Shown: positions 27,823-41,750, counted from the stretch's first letter. The stretch: 64,000 nucleotides of DNA from Mobula hypostoma (GCF_963921235.1 NC_086108.1:38008001-38072000); one strand, 5' to 3'. A program made the numbers and translations. Notes: generated from the sequence alone by a model not told the origin.

Positions 27823-28092
27823 GTTGATGACATATTGAGGCTTACTACTTGCAATAACTTTCCAAAAACAAGATGAGGTACGAACAACATGGGTGTATTT
27901 ATCAACAGATTTCATGAGTTACTTACAATTACTTACTGAAATAGCCAAAGTTTTCTTAAATTAGAAAATTCTTCAATTGTGAGATACTTATTGTTAGTAA
28001 CCTACAGATTTCTGAATTCTTGTGATTGGATTAAATTAAGATGTTTCATGCAATTTTTGTGTTTCAAGACTCACTGAGGAACTTAAAAGCTA

Positions 28093-28221
<129 letters not shown>

Positions 28222-28279
28222 TTATTTGAATGTAATTTCAGAGAAATTTGAAATAAAATATTTTAAAAATATCATAATA

Positions 28280-28318
28280 TAAACACAAAAGATTAAGAAG
28301 ATGGTGGAAATCCAAAGC

Positions 28319-28355
<37 letters not shown>

Positions 28356-30060
28356 CTGGAAATCTGTAGATCCATCAGCATCAATGGAGAGGAATAAACA
28401 GTTGACATTTCAGACCAGAGTCCTTGCATCAGGACTGGAAAGGAAGGGGTAAGAAGCCAGAATAAGAAGATGGAGGCAGGATAAGGAGTACAAGCTGGCA
28501 GATGATGGTTGAAGCCAAGTGAGTGCATTGGTGGGGGAAAGGGAATGAAGTGAGAAGCTAGGAAGTGATAGATGGAAAAGTAAAGGGCTGACGAAGGAAT
28601 CTGGTAGGAGAGGAGAGTGGACAGTGGGAGAAAGGGAAGGAGGAGGGGCACCAGAGGGAGGTGATAGCCAGGTAATGTTAAGGGAAAGCGTTAGAGAGAA
28701 GCCAGAATAGAGAATGGAAAAAGTGAGAAAGGGGGTGGGGGAGGAATTACCAGAAGTTAGAGAAATCGGTTTGCATGCCATCAGGTTGAAGGATGCCCAG
28801 ATGGAATATGAGGTGTTGCTCCTTGAACCTGAAAGGGACCTCATCATGGTAGAGAGGCGGCCATGGACTGAAATATTGGAATGGAAATTAGCAAAAGAAT
28901 TAAAATGTGGGGCCATTGGGAAATCCTATCTGTAGCTGTGGACAAAGTGAAGGTCCTTGATAAAGATGTCCCAACCCAATCTACGTCAGGTTTCACTGAG
29001 ACCACTCCAGGAGCAGTGGATATAGTAGCTGATCCAAACAGACTTGCTGGTGAATTGTTGCCTCACCTGGGAAGACTGTTCGAGGCCCTGAGTAATGGTG
29101 ATGGACTAAATGAAGAGATAAATGCCAGGAGGAAGATCAGTGGGGAGGGATGAATGGATAAAGGAGCAATGGATAGATTGAAATCTGTGGAAAGCAGAGA
29201 GCAGGAGAGGGAAAGATGTGTTTAGTGGTAGGATCCGTTGAAGATGGGATTAGCTACGGAGAATGATGTGCTAGATGCAGAGACTCGTGCGGTGGTATGC
29301 AAGGACAAGGGGAACCCCATCCCTGTCATGGCCGTGGGGAGGTGGGGGTGAGGGTGAATATGCAGGAAACCCCATTTTTTGAAGAAGGAGGGACTAGAAG
29401 TCTCAAGCTGAAAACAAATGCACTGAAGACTGGGAACTGAAAAAAAGGAAATTGCATTTTTACAAGTGACAGGGTACGTAGAGGTATAGTCAAGATAGCT
29501 GTGAGAGTCAGTAGGCGTATAAAAGGTATTAGGAGACAGAGAGAGATCGAGGAACAGGAGAGAGGTGTCAGAGTTGGACCAAGTAAATCTGAGGACGGGG
29601 TGGAAATTGGCGGCAAAGTTAATGAAATGGACAAACTCAGCATGGGTTCAGGAAGCAGCACCATTGCAGTCAGTCATCAATGTAGCACAGAAAGAGTTAG
29701 GGAGCATTACCAGAGTAGATTTGGAACATAGAATGTTCCACATAATCAACGAAAAGGCACGGATAGTTGGGGCCTATGGCTACCTCTCAAGTCTGGAGAA
29801 AGGGGAGGAGACAAAAGAGAAATTGTTGAGAGTGAGGACCAGTTCTGCCAGACAGAGGAGGTGGTGGAGAAAAGGAACTGGTTAGGTCTGTTGTTTAGAA
29901 AGAAGTAAAGAACTTTAGGGCCTTCCTGATGTGGGAATAGAAGTGTCTTGGGACTGGAGATCAATAGTGAAAATGAGGCGAACAGGACCAGTGAACTGAA
30001 AATAGTTGAAGAGATACAGAGCACATGACATGTCATGGATGTAAATAGGAAGAGTCTGAA
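28280..30060 (-). mobile_element. Old PLE fragment with (CA)n expansion at 28321-28350 and degenerate hammerhead at 28399-28437
   Basis: Homology to RT, GIY-YIG and tail of the younger PLE copies in this window. Confidence 0.8.
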
Positions 30061-30679
30061 GCTAGTGGAATAGATAATGTAATTACTTACACTCAAGTAA
30101 TTTCAATACATTGTTACTGTGGGATATTGCTACACAAAAATTCTCACAAATGTAAGGCTTCACTTCAAATGTAAAATGTATTTGGACATTCCAAAGATCA
30201 GACAAATAAATCTGTTTTCATTTTCATATTTCCAGAGAAGCAGATACATAAAGTGCTGAAAATAAAGGATATAAATCTTTTTGACTTTAATGTTAATTAA
30301 AATAGATGTTTTTCTCCTCATCTGAAGATTGTTATATTCGAGTACAATATCAGTTTAGGTTTGCAAAATACCAGATTATTTTTGAAATAACTATCTGTTT
30401 TTATTAATAGGGAAATCTCCTCCATCTTTCTCATCTGTACCCTACTCTAGAAGGGTAGCACGTTAGCAGATGACTGGTGCAGCCTTGGTGGATCTGAATT
30501 TAGACTATGACATGGTCAGGCCCACAGAAATGACAAAAGATTATTCTGTTTCTAAAGATTACATCTATTATGAAAAATAAACTATGAGTGACTGCATGAC
30601 CACTTTGCAACTAAATTGGACTGACACCCGTTCAGTACTTTACAACCTAGATGAAAGATCTGCCATGGAAAGGGTCAGG

Positions 30680-32430
30680 CAGTTTTGCATGTATAGAATA
30701 GTGTGCACTTTGGAAGGTGAACTTGAAGGCAGAATACAAGGTTAATGACAGGATTCTTACAATGTGTGTTCCAAGTCCAGTTATCCCTCAAAGTTGTTGC
30801 ACAAGTTGATGGGGAGGGCTGAGGGTTAAGAAGGCATATGGTAGTTCAAGGTCTGCAAGATAATGTTACTGCTCTATAAAATTCTGCTTAGACCACACTT
30901 GGAATATTGTGTTCATTTCTAATCACCTCATTAAAATGAAGGATTTGGAAGCTTTAGAGAAGGTGCAGAGGAGTATTACCAGAATTCTACCTAGAAGAGT
31001 GAAAATGTCTTATATGGAAAGGTTGAGCAAGATAGTGTTTTTCTCCTTGAGGTGAAGGAGGATATGTTTTTAACACCAAAATAAATGTGATTCCTAATAT
31101 TTAAAAAAAATTACAAGAATAAACCATGCAATACCTTTTCATTCTTACAATCATAGTTAATGCATTAAATAGTGCTCTATTATATTCTAATATAATATAG
31201 GATACTTGCCACTCTTGTGATACACAACTACAATAATTGAGGGGTTTCTTTACCCAACCTGGCACCTCTTGGAGTGAAGGAGTTGACTTGATAGAGATGT
31301 ATACCATAAGATGATAAGAGCATAGAGTGGACAGTCAGCATCTTTTTTTTCAAGGGTCAATGGTTAATTGAATGGAAGCAAGTTCAGGGGAGATCGTTCT
31401 TTTTTAAATAGAGAATGATAAATGCCTGGAATGCACTGCCAGTTGCAGTGGTTTAGGCTAATACATTTAAGGATCCTACGACCATTGGGATCCTACCAGC
31501 AAATACGTCTTTATTCCTCACCTCCAATGAGAACCCCAAACAGTCCTCCCAGCCTGAATCTGTCAGGGTTGTCTACTGTACCTGGTGTTCCCGATGCGGC
31601 CTCCTCTACGTTGATGAAACCAGCCGTAGATTGGGGACCACTTTGTCGAGCACCTATGGTCCATTCACAAAAAGCAGGATTTCCTGGTGACCAACCATTT
31701 CAATTCCAAACCCTATTCCCATTTTGACATGTTAATCCATGGCCTCCTCTACTGCACGATGAGGCAACACTCAGGTAGGAGGAGCAACACCTCACTCCAT
31801 CTGGATAGCCTCCTACCTTATGGCATGAACGTCGATTTCTCTAACTTCTGGTGACTTTTCCTCTTCACCTTCCTCCTTCTTGAATCCCCTACTCTGGCCC
31901 CACCTCTGACCTCTTCTTGTCACTTGATGCCCCTCCTCCTTCCCTTTGTCCCATGGTTGGCTCTCCTCTATCAAATTCCTTCTTATCCAACATTTTAACA
32001 TTTCTACCCATTACTTCTCAGCTTCTTACTTCATCCCCCTACCCTACCCACCTATTTTCATCTATCATCTTCTGGCTTGTATTCCTTGCCCTTCCCCCAC
32101 CTTCTTATTCTGGCTTCTTCCCCTTTCCAGTCCTGATGAAGGTTCTGGGCACAAAACATTGACTGTTTATTCATTTCCCTAGATGCTGCCTGACCTGCTG
32201 ACTTCTTCAACCATTTTGTGCGTGTTGCTCTGGATTTCCTGCATCTGAAGAATCTCTTGTGTTTATGATATATTTAAGAGACTCTTAGATAAGCACATGG
32301 ATGAAAGAAAAATGTAGGGTTATGGCCCATGTAGGAGGAAGGGGCTAAATTAATCATGGAGTAGGTTTATGTAGGTCGGCACAACTTCTGGGTCAAAAGG
32401 TCCATACTGTGCTGTACTGTTCTATGCTCT
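30680..32430 (+). mobile_element. Old CR1 3' fragments interrupted by an old PLE fragment (~31480-32270; degenerate hammerhead 32128-32165)
   Basis: RPHLEYCV-like stretch near 30890; PLE GIY-YIG and tail homology. Confidence 0.65.
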
Positions 32431-33603
32431 ATTTTCATTCTAGTTTGTACATTGACTTGCAAAGATCACTTAAGAGTAGCCAGTAAGATGAAGCCAAAAG
32501 ATTCTACTGATCTGGAGAATAATAAACATAAATTGGAGAACACTTATATTAATGCTGTAGATGTCAGTAATATCTCTTGAATACCAAGTACAATCCTCTG
32601 ACTACATCATTCAGTATGGTCCCCCCATAAAAACTGCACAAGGTACTCATGAGACCTAATATATTGAATATGTTTGATTCCCTTATTTTAGGAAAGATAT
32701 ATCAACAGAAGCAATTCAAAGAAGGGTTTATAGGATGCACAAGTATGGAGAGGTAGCCTTACGAGGAAAGGCTGAATAGAGTTCATCTCTCCTAACTAGA
32801 GTTCAGAAGAATGAGTGCCAATCTTATTTAAGGTACAATTGATATCAAGAGGCTTGATGGGGGTAAATGCTGGGAGGTTGATTTTTCTCATAGAAGAATT
32901 TCAGATCAGAAGGCATAATTGCAGAATAAAGGGGTGCTTATTTAAGACTGAGACGAGAAATATTTTTTCTCCCAAAGGTGAGTCTTACCCCTTTTATTTT
33001 ACATTACTTCTTTACTAAACTAATATAATTAAAGTATGGTGTAAGTACCAGTTGAGCTTAATAAGGTACAGAAAGCTGTAGTATAATTTTGTTGTCACAT
33101 TTAAGTGCATTGATAATATCAATATTTTAATTAAATTTATTGACAGTTTTATGCAGCTGAAAGTAAATCTGAATTCTGCTTAGCAAACACAGGACATATA
33201 TTTCATAATGAAAACAAAAAGAACACTTGTCACCTTATTTTGCATTGACTTACAATCATTGTGTGCAAATTCAATGGATATTTGAAGCCTACCCAGTACT
33301 AACTTGCTTAATTCTTGAATTAGAGGGAGAACACAACAAGACATGCAATGCAGGTTTAATTAAATCTCTGTGAAATGCTGTAAAATACATCTTTGAGCAG
33401 TCAAATGTGACCTTTATACAATTTTTCAGTAATAAGCAGCAAAGCTTTTATATAAAACTATCAAAATGCATATTGTTGAAAAACAGCCCCATTGAAAGTC
33501 ATAAGCAATCTGTTCAATACGTTCCTCACACCTGAATGATTTTGTTTCAATAATTCCTGCCAGCTAGGCCCAACTTAATATTTGATGTCAGAGATATACT
33601 TAC

Positions 33604-33678
33604 TGTGATGATAAAGGGCACAGTGTTGATCATCTCCAGGATGAAGGGTATTCGTAGAATTTGTTCCCAAATGTTCCC
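33604..33678 (-). CDS. KCNT2: KCNT2 (Slick/Slo2.1) coding exon, 75 bp, equivalent to human exon ~6 (S3 region)
   Basis: Minus strand ttttcttctgaaag|GGGAAC...ATCACA|gtaagt; translates [25 protein letters not shown], matching KCNT2 as I recall it ([15 protein letters not shown]..); phase 0/0. Confidence 0.95.
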
Positions 33679-33990
33679 CTTTCAGAAGAAAACAACCACA
33701 GATCAAAGGTCAGTGACTTCAATTTCTCCAGTACAAAAATCAAAAAACTACAAAATATAAATATGCATTAATATCCAAAGCCGCTCAATATGAAAGAGCA
33801 GTTGACCTGCTTAAGTCTATAACCCTGTTATGAAGTTGCTGACAGAAGTCCATGTTTACCTTCATTCCTGATGTGTTTAGCACATTGGAATGAGACAGCA
33901 TAGAAGAACCCCATTTGTTATAATGTGTCCCAGAACACTTTCTTTTCAGGCCTGTAATGATGCTTTCTTTAAAGCGTTTACCAGGTAATT

Positions 33991-34023
33991 GCATTTCAAT
34001 CTGCATTTCAATCTGCATTTCAA
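33991..34023 (+). repeat. 12-bp tandem (gcatttcaatct) x~2.7
   Basis: Read directly. Confidence 0.8.
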
Positions 34024-34919
34024 GAAGTGTTTTTCAACTCATCACTTGTACGTAATAAAAGTTGTATATTTTGCAGATTATCTCAAATCTGCAACTACAG
34101 CATAACACTACTGGTAAAAAAGATTTCCATTACATCTATTCACGATTGACACACACATTTATAAAATCTCAGGTTTCTGAAGGGAGGGATTTTTCTTCGG
34201 GTCCATTCTTATAAATCTCTTTTGCATCTTTTCTTAGGTGACATTAATTAAATATTTGCTCTTCACATCTGGCCTCAAGTAATGCCCAGCCCAGCTGCGT
34301 AATAGAATTCAACAGACTGCAAATCAAACATTAACAGTTATTAGTCACACCAGGTCAAAGACTAAAAGAAGTTTTGATGAAAGGTTTTTGACTTGAAGAG
34401 TTCACCATTGTTCTTTCCACAAAGGCTGCCTGACCTACCAAGTTCTTCCAGCACCATCTGCTTTTATTTTTAAACAGAAAATGTATCTTGTCTTCTCATC
34501 TTGTCCACAGGTGTGAAATCTTCACAGTGATGAAATGGTCTCACACTTCATCCACTAAATCCAAACTGGCACTGGATTGGAGAGTTCAAAAAGTAGTCTC
34601 CCCAATTTGTGGGAAGGAGGTATAGAAGACTGAAGTCCCACAGCACTAGTTTCGAGGCAAGCTACTTCTTTTCAACCATTTGGTTCTTGAACCAACCAGC
34701 AATACCAGAACCACTAAAGTTAAGCAACACAATGACCAGTTTACACTAAAATGGACCTTAATTTTATTTTAATTGCGTCCATCATTCTGCTCCACTCTCA
34801 TAAGAATCATTACAGAAAATCTTTCTGACCAAATGCAATAAGCATATACAACAGTTCATCTTTGTGTGACAGGAGAACACACATCATGGCACACTAGTCT
34901 CTGTTTTATTAGTTCACAC

Positions 34920-35040
34920 ATTATTATTGCACCGTATTACACATTATTGCACATTCGTAAATTATTATTGTGTACATTATTTTGCACTTTATTATTAGTT
35001 AATATTATTATTATTATACTTATTATTATTTATTATTATT
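34920..35040 (+). repeat. (TTA)n-rich low-complexity tract within LINE debris
   Basis: Read directly. Confidence 0.7.
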
Positions 35041-35852
35041 GCTAAGTGTGCTTTTAAATGTTGCTGCTGGAACGAAATAATTTCCCCACTCAGGATCAAT
35101 AAAGTACTTATTATTATGATTATTGCAAAAGTTGTATACAACGTTTGTAATGTTTTCTTTCTGAATGCTGCTTAAATGGTACTATGTGCCTATGAAGCTG
35201 CCATGGGTATGCACAAGTAAATACATGTACTTGTGCATACAGCAATAAACACGTGTTTGACTTTGACTTTAAAATCCAGGGTGGTGCAGCTCAGCCAGCA
35301 GGTTCAAGGCTTCTACATTCCCATACAAGTCTCAAAATTGCCAGCCCTTACAAGGGTAAATACCAGCAGTTCCCTGCAAGACTCCCAGCAAAACCCATTA
35401 AATTCAATCTACTACATCTTAATAACAGGAAATTCCCATGATGGAATTGGGAATTGCTTCACAGTTCTGTTGACTTAAGCAGCTGGTTAGGTCAAGTATT
35501 TCAAGAAAAGTCTGTTCAATTCAGTAAGGACATTATTCTAGAAATTACTGGGGTTATCAACAATGTGCCATTATGAATGTTCTTGAAACACTAATCCATA
35601 TTAAAACAATTGCATATATCTAAATTGATTACCTTGCTAATTATTACAAACAACTTCATTTTATAACATTTCTAAAAGCTAACTTACAGCATCAGCTTTA
35701 GACACAGAGCAACAATATCTGAATGCAACATTTCTTCATACTCTGTTCATACACTGACACCAATGACTGTACCTCATAAATGTATCCCAGACAGCAGCCT
35801 TAATCAGGTTTTATCAATGCACAATAAACTATCCCATCCAGGTGTGTCGCAG

Positions 35853-35985
35853 ACAACAGGAATTCTGCAGATGCTGGAAATTCAAGCAACATACATCAAA
35901 GTTGCTGGTGAACGCAGCAGGCCAGGCAGCATCTATAGGAAGAGGCGCAGTCGACGTTTCAGGCCGAGACCCTTCGTCAGGACGT
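35853..35985 (-). mobile_element. 133-bp PLE insertion consisting of hammerhead plus tail
   Basis: 14-bp TSD caggtgtgtcgcag at 35839-35852 and 35986-35999. Confidence 0.92.
35948..35983 (-). ncRNA. Hammerhead ribozyme core (stem I shortened to 3 bp by truncation)
   Basis: GTC-CTGACGA-AGGGTCTCGGCCT-GAAA-CG-TC^GACTG. Confidence 0.75.
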
Positions 35986-37043
35986 CAGGTGTGTCGCAGC
36001 TTGGTATGATAACTGCTGTGTGTAATGAACCAGATTTGATCAGAGAGCTTGAGGTAAAGGAACCCTGAGGAGTCAGTGATTATGATGTGATAGAATTCAT
36101 CCCTCCAGTTTGAGAGGGAGCAGCTGAAATCAGATGCACTAGTGGAGTAAAGGGTTCTACAGAGGCATGAGAGAGAAGCTGGCCAAAGTTGATGCTACGG
36201 GGACACTAGCAGGGATGACAGCAGAATAGTAATGGCTAGAGCTTCTGGGAGCAATTCAGAAGGTGTAGATCAATTCATCACAAAAAAAGAGGTACTCTAA
36301 AGGGAGGGTGATGAAACTGTGAAAGCTGACAATAGAAGTCAAAGGCAGCATTAAAGCAAAAGAGAGGACATACAATATAGCAAAACATAGTGGGAAGTTA
36401 GAGAAATGGGAAGCTTCTAAAAACCAAGAGAAGGCAAGTATGAGAGAAAAGATGAAATATGAAGTTAAGCTAGCCAATAATATAAAAGAAGATACCAATA
36501 TGTTTTCAGATATACAGTATAAAGAATAAAAGAGAAGCAAGAGTAGATATCAGATCACTGGAAATGACACTGGAGAGGTAGCAATGGGGGACAAAGAAAT
36601 TGCTCACAAACTCAATATGTATTTTGCATCAGTCTTTCCGATGGAAAACACCAACAATGACAGAAATTCAAGTGTGTCAGGGGGCTGATGTGAGTGTAGG
36701 TACTATAATTAAGGAGAAGGTGCTTGGGAATCTGAAAGGTCTGAAGGCAGATAATTCTTCTGGACCAGATGTACTACACCCCAGGGTTCTGATAGATGTC
36801 GCTTCAGATATTCTGGAGGCATTAGTAGAGATCTTTCAAAAATCGCTAGATTCTAGAATGGTTTTAGAGGACTGGAACTTTGCAAATGTCACTGCACTCT
36901 TTAAGAAGGGAGGCCAGTTAGTCTGACTCAGTGATTGGCAAGGAGTTAGAGCCCATTATTAAGTAAGAAGATTCAGGTTAAGCAACACACATCAAAGTTG
37001 CTGGTGAACGCAGCAGGCCAGGCAGCATCTCTAGGAAGAGGTA

Positions 37044-37081
37044 CAGTTGACATTTCAGGCTGAGACCCTTCGTCAGGACTA
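37044..37081 (-). ncRNA. Hammerhead copy with two substitutions around the cleavage site
   Basis: TAGTC-CTGACGA-AGGGTCTCAGCCT-GAAA-TG-TC^AACTG. Confidence 0.65.
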
Positions 37082-39283
37082 ACTGAAGGAAGAGTTAGTA
37101 AGAGATTTGAAAGTGGGAGGGGGAGGGGGAGATCCAAAATGATAGGAGAAGACAGGAGGGGGAGGGATAGAGCCAAGAGCTGGACAGGTGATTGGCAAAG
37201 GGGATATGAGAGGATCATGGGACAGGAGGCCCAGGGAGAAAGACAAGGGGGGGTGGGGAACCAGAGGATGGGCAAGGGGTATAGTCAGAGGGACAGAGGG
37301 AGAAAACGGAGAGTGAGGGAAAGAATGTGTGTATAAAAGTAAATAACAGATGGGGTACGAGGGGGAGATGGGGCATTAGCGGAAGTTAGAGAAGTCGATG
37401 TTCATGCCATCAGGTTGGAGGCTACCCAGATGGAATATAAGGTGTTGTTCCTCCAACCTGAGTGTGGCTTCATCTTTACAGTAGAGGAGGCCGTGGATAG
37501 ACATGTCAGAATGGGAATGGGATGTGGAATTAAAATGTGTGGCCACTGGGAGATCCTGCTTTCTCTGGCGGACAGAGCGTAGGTGTTCAGCAAAGCGGTC
37601 TCCCAGTCTGCGTCGGGTCTCGCCAATATATAGAAGGCCACATCGAGAGCACCGGACGCAGTATATCACCCCAGTCGACTCACAGGTGAAGTGTCGCCTC
37701 ACCTGGAAGGACTGTCTGGGGCCCTGAATGGTGGTAAGGGAGGAAGTGTAAGGGCATGTGTAGCACTTGCTCTGTTTACAAGGATAAGTGCCAGGAGGGA
37801 GATCAATGGGGAGGGATGGGGGGGAGACGAATGGACAAGGGAGTCGCGTAGGGAGTGATCCCTGCGGAAAGCAGAGAGAGGGGGGAGGGAAAGATGTGCT
37901 TAGTGGTGGGATACCGTTGGAGGTGGCGGAAGTTACTGAGAATAATATGTTGGACTCGGAGGCTGGTGGGGTGGTAGGTGAGGACCAGGGGAACCCTATT
38001 CTTAGTGGGGTGGCGGGAGGATGGAGTGAGAGCAGATGTACGTGAAATGGCGGAGATGCGTTTGAGAGCAGAGTTGATAGTGGAGGAAGGGAAGCCCTTT
38101 CTTTAAAAAAAGAGGACATCTCCCTTGACCTGGAATGAAAAGCCTCATCCTGAGAGCAGATGCGGCGGAGACGGAGGAATTGCGAGAAGGGGATGGCATT
38201 TTTGCAAGAAACAGGGTGAGAAAAGGAATAGTCCAGATACCTGTGAGAGTCAGTAGGCTTATAGTAGACATCAGTGGATAAGCTGTCTCCAGAGACAGAG
38301 ACAGAAAGATCAAGAAAGGGGAGGGAGGTGTCGGAAATGGACCAGGTAAACTTGAGGGCAGGGTGAAAGTTGGAGGCAAAGTCAACGAGCTCAGCATGCG
38401 TGCAGGAAGCAGCGCCAATGCAGTCGTCGATGTAAATGCCGCCACCTCCAACGGGATCCCACCACTAAGCTCCTCTTTCCCTCACCCTCCCTCTGCTTTC
38501 TGCAGTGATCGCTCCCTACGCGACTCTCTTGTCCATTCGTCCCCCCCATCCCTCCCCACTGATCTCCCTCCTGGCACTTATCCTTGTAAGCGGAACAAGT
38601 GCTACACATGCCCTTACACTTCCTCCCTTACCACCATTCAGAGCCCCAGACAGTCCTTCCAGGTGAGGTGACACTTCACCTGTGAGTCGACTGGGGTGAT
38701 TTACTGCGTCCGGTGCTCTCGATGTGGCCTTCTATATATTAGCGAGACCTGACGCAGACTGGGAGACCGCTTTGCTGAACACCTACGCTCTGTCCGCTAG
38801 AGAAAGCAGGATCTTCCAGTGGCCACTCATTTTAATTCCACATCCCATTCCCCATTCTGACATGTCTATCCACGGCCTCCTCTACTGTAAAGATGAAGCC
38901 ACACTCAGGTTGAGGAACAACACCTTATATTCCGTCTGGGTAGCCTCCAATCTGATGGCATGATCATCGACTTCTCTAACTTCCGCTAATGCCCCACCTC
39001 CCCCTCGTACCCCATCCATTATTTATTTATATACACACATTCTTTCTCTCACTCTCCTTTTTCTCCCTCTGTCCCTCTGACTATACCCTTTGCCCATCCT
39101 CTGGGTTCCCCCCCCCCTTTGTCTTTCTCCCTAGGCCTCCTGTCCCATGATCCTCTCATATCCCTTTTGCCAATCACCTGTCCAGCTCTTGGCTCCATCC
39201 CTCCCCCTCCTGTCTTCTCCTATCATTTTGGATCTCCCCCTCCCCCTCCCACTTTCAAATCTCTTACTAACTCTTCCTTCAGT

Positions 39284-39321
39284 TAGTCCTGACGAAGGAT
39301 CTCGGCCTGAAACGTCGTCTG
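39284..39321 (+). ncRNA. Hammerhead copy, intact core, one stem I mismatch
   Basis: TAGTC-CTGACGA-AGGATCTCGGCCT-GAAA-CG-TC^GTCTG. Confidence 0.7.
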
Positions 39322-40304
39322 TACCTCTTCCTAGAGATGCTGCCTGGCCTGCTGCGTTCACCAGCAACTTTGATGTGTGTTGCTTGAATTTCCAGCATCT
39401 GCAGAATTCCAGTTGTTTGCGAGATTCAGGTTAAGGTTACTTGGAGGTATGTGACAAAGTAGGCCAAAGTCAGTATGGCTTCCTTCAGGGAAAATATTGC
39501 CAGACAAATCTGTTGGAATTCTTTGAGGAAATAACAGGATGGCTAAGTAAAGGAGAGTCAGTGAATGTTATGTAGTTGGATTTTCATAAGTCATTTGACA
39601 AGGTGTTGCACATGAGGCCGCAAAACAAGACAAGGATCCATGGTATTAGAGGAACTATACTACCATGGATAGGAGATTGGCTGAGAGGCAGGGACCTCCT
39701 CCCTCCCTCACTACCATTCAGGACAAACAGTCCTTCCAGGTGTGGCAACACTTCACCTTTGAGTCTGATGGGGTCATATACTATATCTAGTGCTCCCGGT
39801 GTGCCCTCCTATATATAGATGGGTCCCGGGTAGAAAGGGAGAACGCTTCGCCGAGCACCTATGCTCCATCCGCCTGAAAAAGCGGTATCACCTAGTGGCC
39901 ATTCATTTTAATTCCACTTCCCATTCACAATCCAATATGTCCATCCATGGTCTTCTCTACTGTCACAATGAGGCCACACTCAGGTTGGGGGGACAACACC
40001 TTACATTGTCATAAGCAGGTGGCTGGGAACGGACCCAAGTGCAAGACACAGACACCGAAGTACTAGGGACAGGACTAGGATACAGGGTGAGGGCAAGGAC
40101 ATGGACACGAAAACCAGGAACCTGGAACAGGACTGGACAACAGAGCTAGGAGCCCGGGCTTGAACTCTGAGCCAGAGACTGGGCAAGGACCAAGTACCTG
40201 GGTCTTGCCTCTGGCTTGGACCCCAGAACTAGGCAAGGACGGGGCTTGGCTGGCAGGCTGGACGAGGCTGGAGTCTTAGAGACTTGAGGCGAGGCTTGGC
40301 AGGA

Positions 40305-40416
40305 GGCAGGAGGCTGGAGTCTTCAGGCTTGAGGCTAGGCAGGAGGCTGGAGTCTTCAGGCTTGAGGCTAGGCAGGAGGCTGGAGTCTTCAGGATTGAGG
40401 CTAGGCAGGAGGCTGG
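40305..40416 (+). repeat. 33-bp minisatellite in LTR (~3.4 copies)
   Basis: Unit ggcaggaggctggagtcttcaggcttgaggcta. Confidence 0.9.
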
Positions 40417-41554
40417 TTTCCATGGGCATGGTGCAGTTCCCCTGGGCAGAGCATAGTTCTCCATCTGACGGAGGCAAGGGACAGGAAGGGACCAAACCAA
40501 CCGCAGGTAACGGCAAGACGGCCTGACTTACTCGATGGAGGCTAGGGACAGGAAGGGACAGAAACAACCACAGGGTAATGGCAAGACGGCCTGACTTACC
40601 CGGCGGAGGCAAGGGACAGGAAGGAAGCTCGGTACGAGGCGGCTCCAGGACAAGACAGCAAGACAAGGCAAGGCTTCAGGCAATGCAAGGCAAGACAGAA
40701 CTACAGGCGAGGCAAGAATTACCGGCAAGACAAGGCAGGGCTTCAGGCCAGGAAACAGAAGGCAGGGGAAGGGGTAGAAGGAGTAAGGACAAGAAAAATC
40801 CAGCCCCACGCCCCAGTCTCTGAAGGTATTTATGCAGCCAGCCCCAACGAGCATCAGCTGCCTCAATTAGAGCTCAACAAGAACAGAAACAGGGTAGACA
40901 GGAAACCCTGGAGCAAGGGTCGATGGACCGGACCGTGAACTGGAATATGGACCTCACGGACCGGACCATAACAGTACCCCAATACCCCACCTCCCCCCAC
41001 CCCCCCCACGGGAGCCTCCTGGTGACCAAACAGGGTATCCAGACTATGGACAACCCGGGCGGGTGGGAGGGTATTTAAACAGAAAGGAACCCCAGGTGGC
41101 AAGAGGAAAATGACAGTGCCTGTGTTGCTGGGTCCATGGTTGGCTGGATTGTTATTTTATAAGGAGGTGGCTGGGAATGGACCCATGCAAGACACAGACA
41201 CTGAAGTACCAGGGACAGGACTGGGATACAGGGTGAGGGCAAGGACATGGACACAAAAACTGGGAACCCGGGACAGGACTGGACAAGAGAGCTAGGAGCC
41301 CGGGATTGGACTCCGAGCCAGAGACTGGACAAGGACCCAATACCTGGGTCTTGCCTCTGGCTCAGACCCCAGAACAAGGCAAGGATGAGGCTTGGTTGGC
41401 AGGCAGGACGAGGCTGGAGTCTTAGAGATTTGAGGCGAGGCTTGGCAGGAGGCGGGAGACTTGAGGCAAGAATTGGCAGGAGGCAGGGGATGAGGCGAGG
41501 CTTCAGGCTTAGGGCTAGAGATTCAAGGTGAGGCTTGGCAGGAGGCAGGACAGA

Positions 41555-41750
41555 GCTGGAGTCTTCAGGCTTGAGGCTAGGCAGGAGGCACGAGTCTTCA
41601 GGCTTGAGGCTAGGCAGGAGGCACGAGTCTTCAGGCTTGAGGCTAGGCAGGAGGCACGAGTCTTCAGGCTTGAGGCTAGGCAGGAGGCTGGATTCTTCAG
41701 GCTTTAGACTAGGCAGGAGGCTGGAATCTTCAGGCTGGAGGCTAGGCAGG
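41555..41750 (+). repeat. 33-bp minisatellite in second LTR (~6 copies)
   Basis: Same unit, with a cac variant in three consecutive copies. Confidence 0.9.

Larger units (their letters stand above)
36983..39421. mobile_element. Penelope-like element, head-to-head insertion 2 (minus arm 36983-38434, plus arm 38439-39421)
   Basis: ORF 37376-38119 GIY-YIG; RT YIDDC at the junction; TSD agattcaggttaag at 36969-36982 and 39422-39435. Confidence 0.93.
36020..39690 (+). mobile_element. Old CR1 ORF2 fragment split by PLE insertion 2
   Basis: LKADNSSGPDVLHPRVL..EDWNFANVTALFKKG; resumes at 39422 with DFHKSFDKV. Confidence 0.8.

Noticed and set aside
40305..41750. Regular 33-bp repeats as a possible CRISPR array or repeat protein (RLESSGLRLGR ORFs)
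   Set aside because: Head-to-tail units without spacers, inside an LTR in eukaryotic DNA; the ORFs are by-products of a unit length divisible by three.
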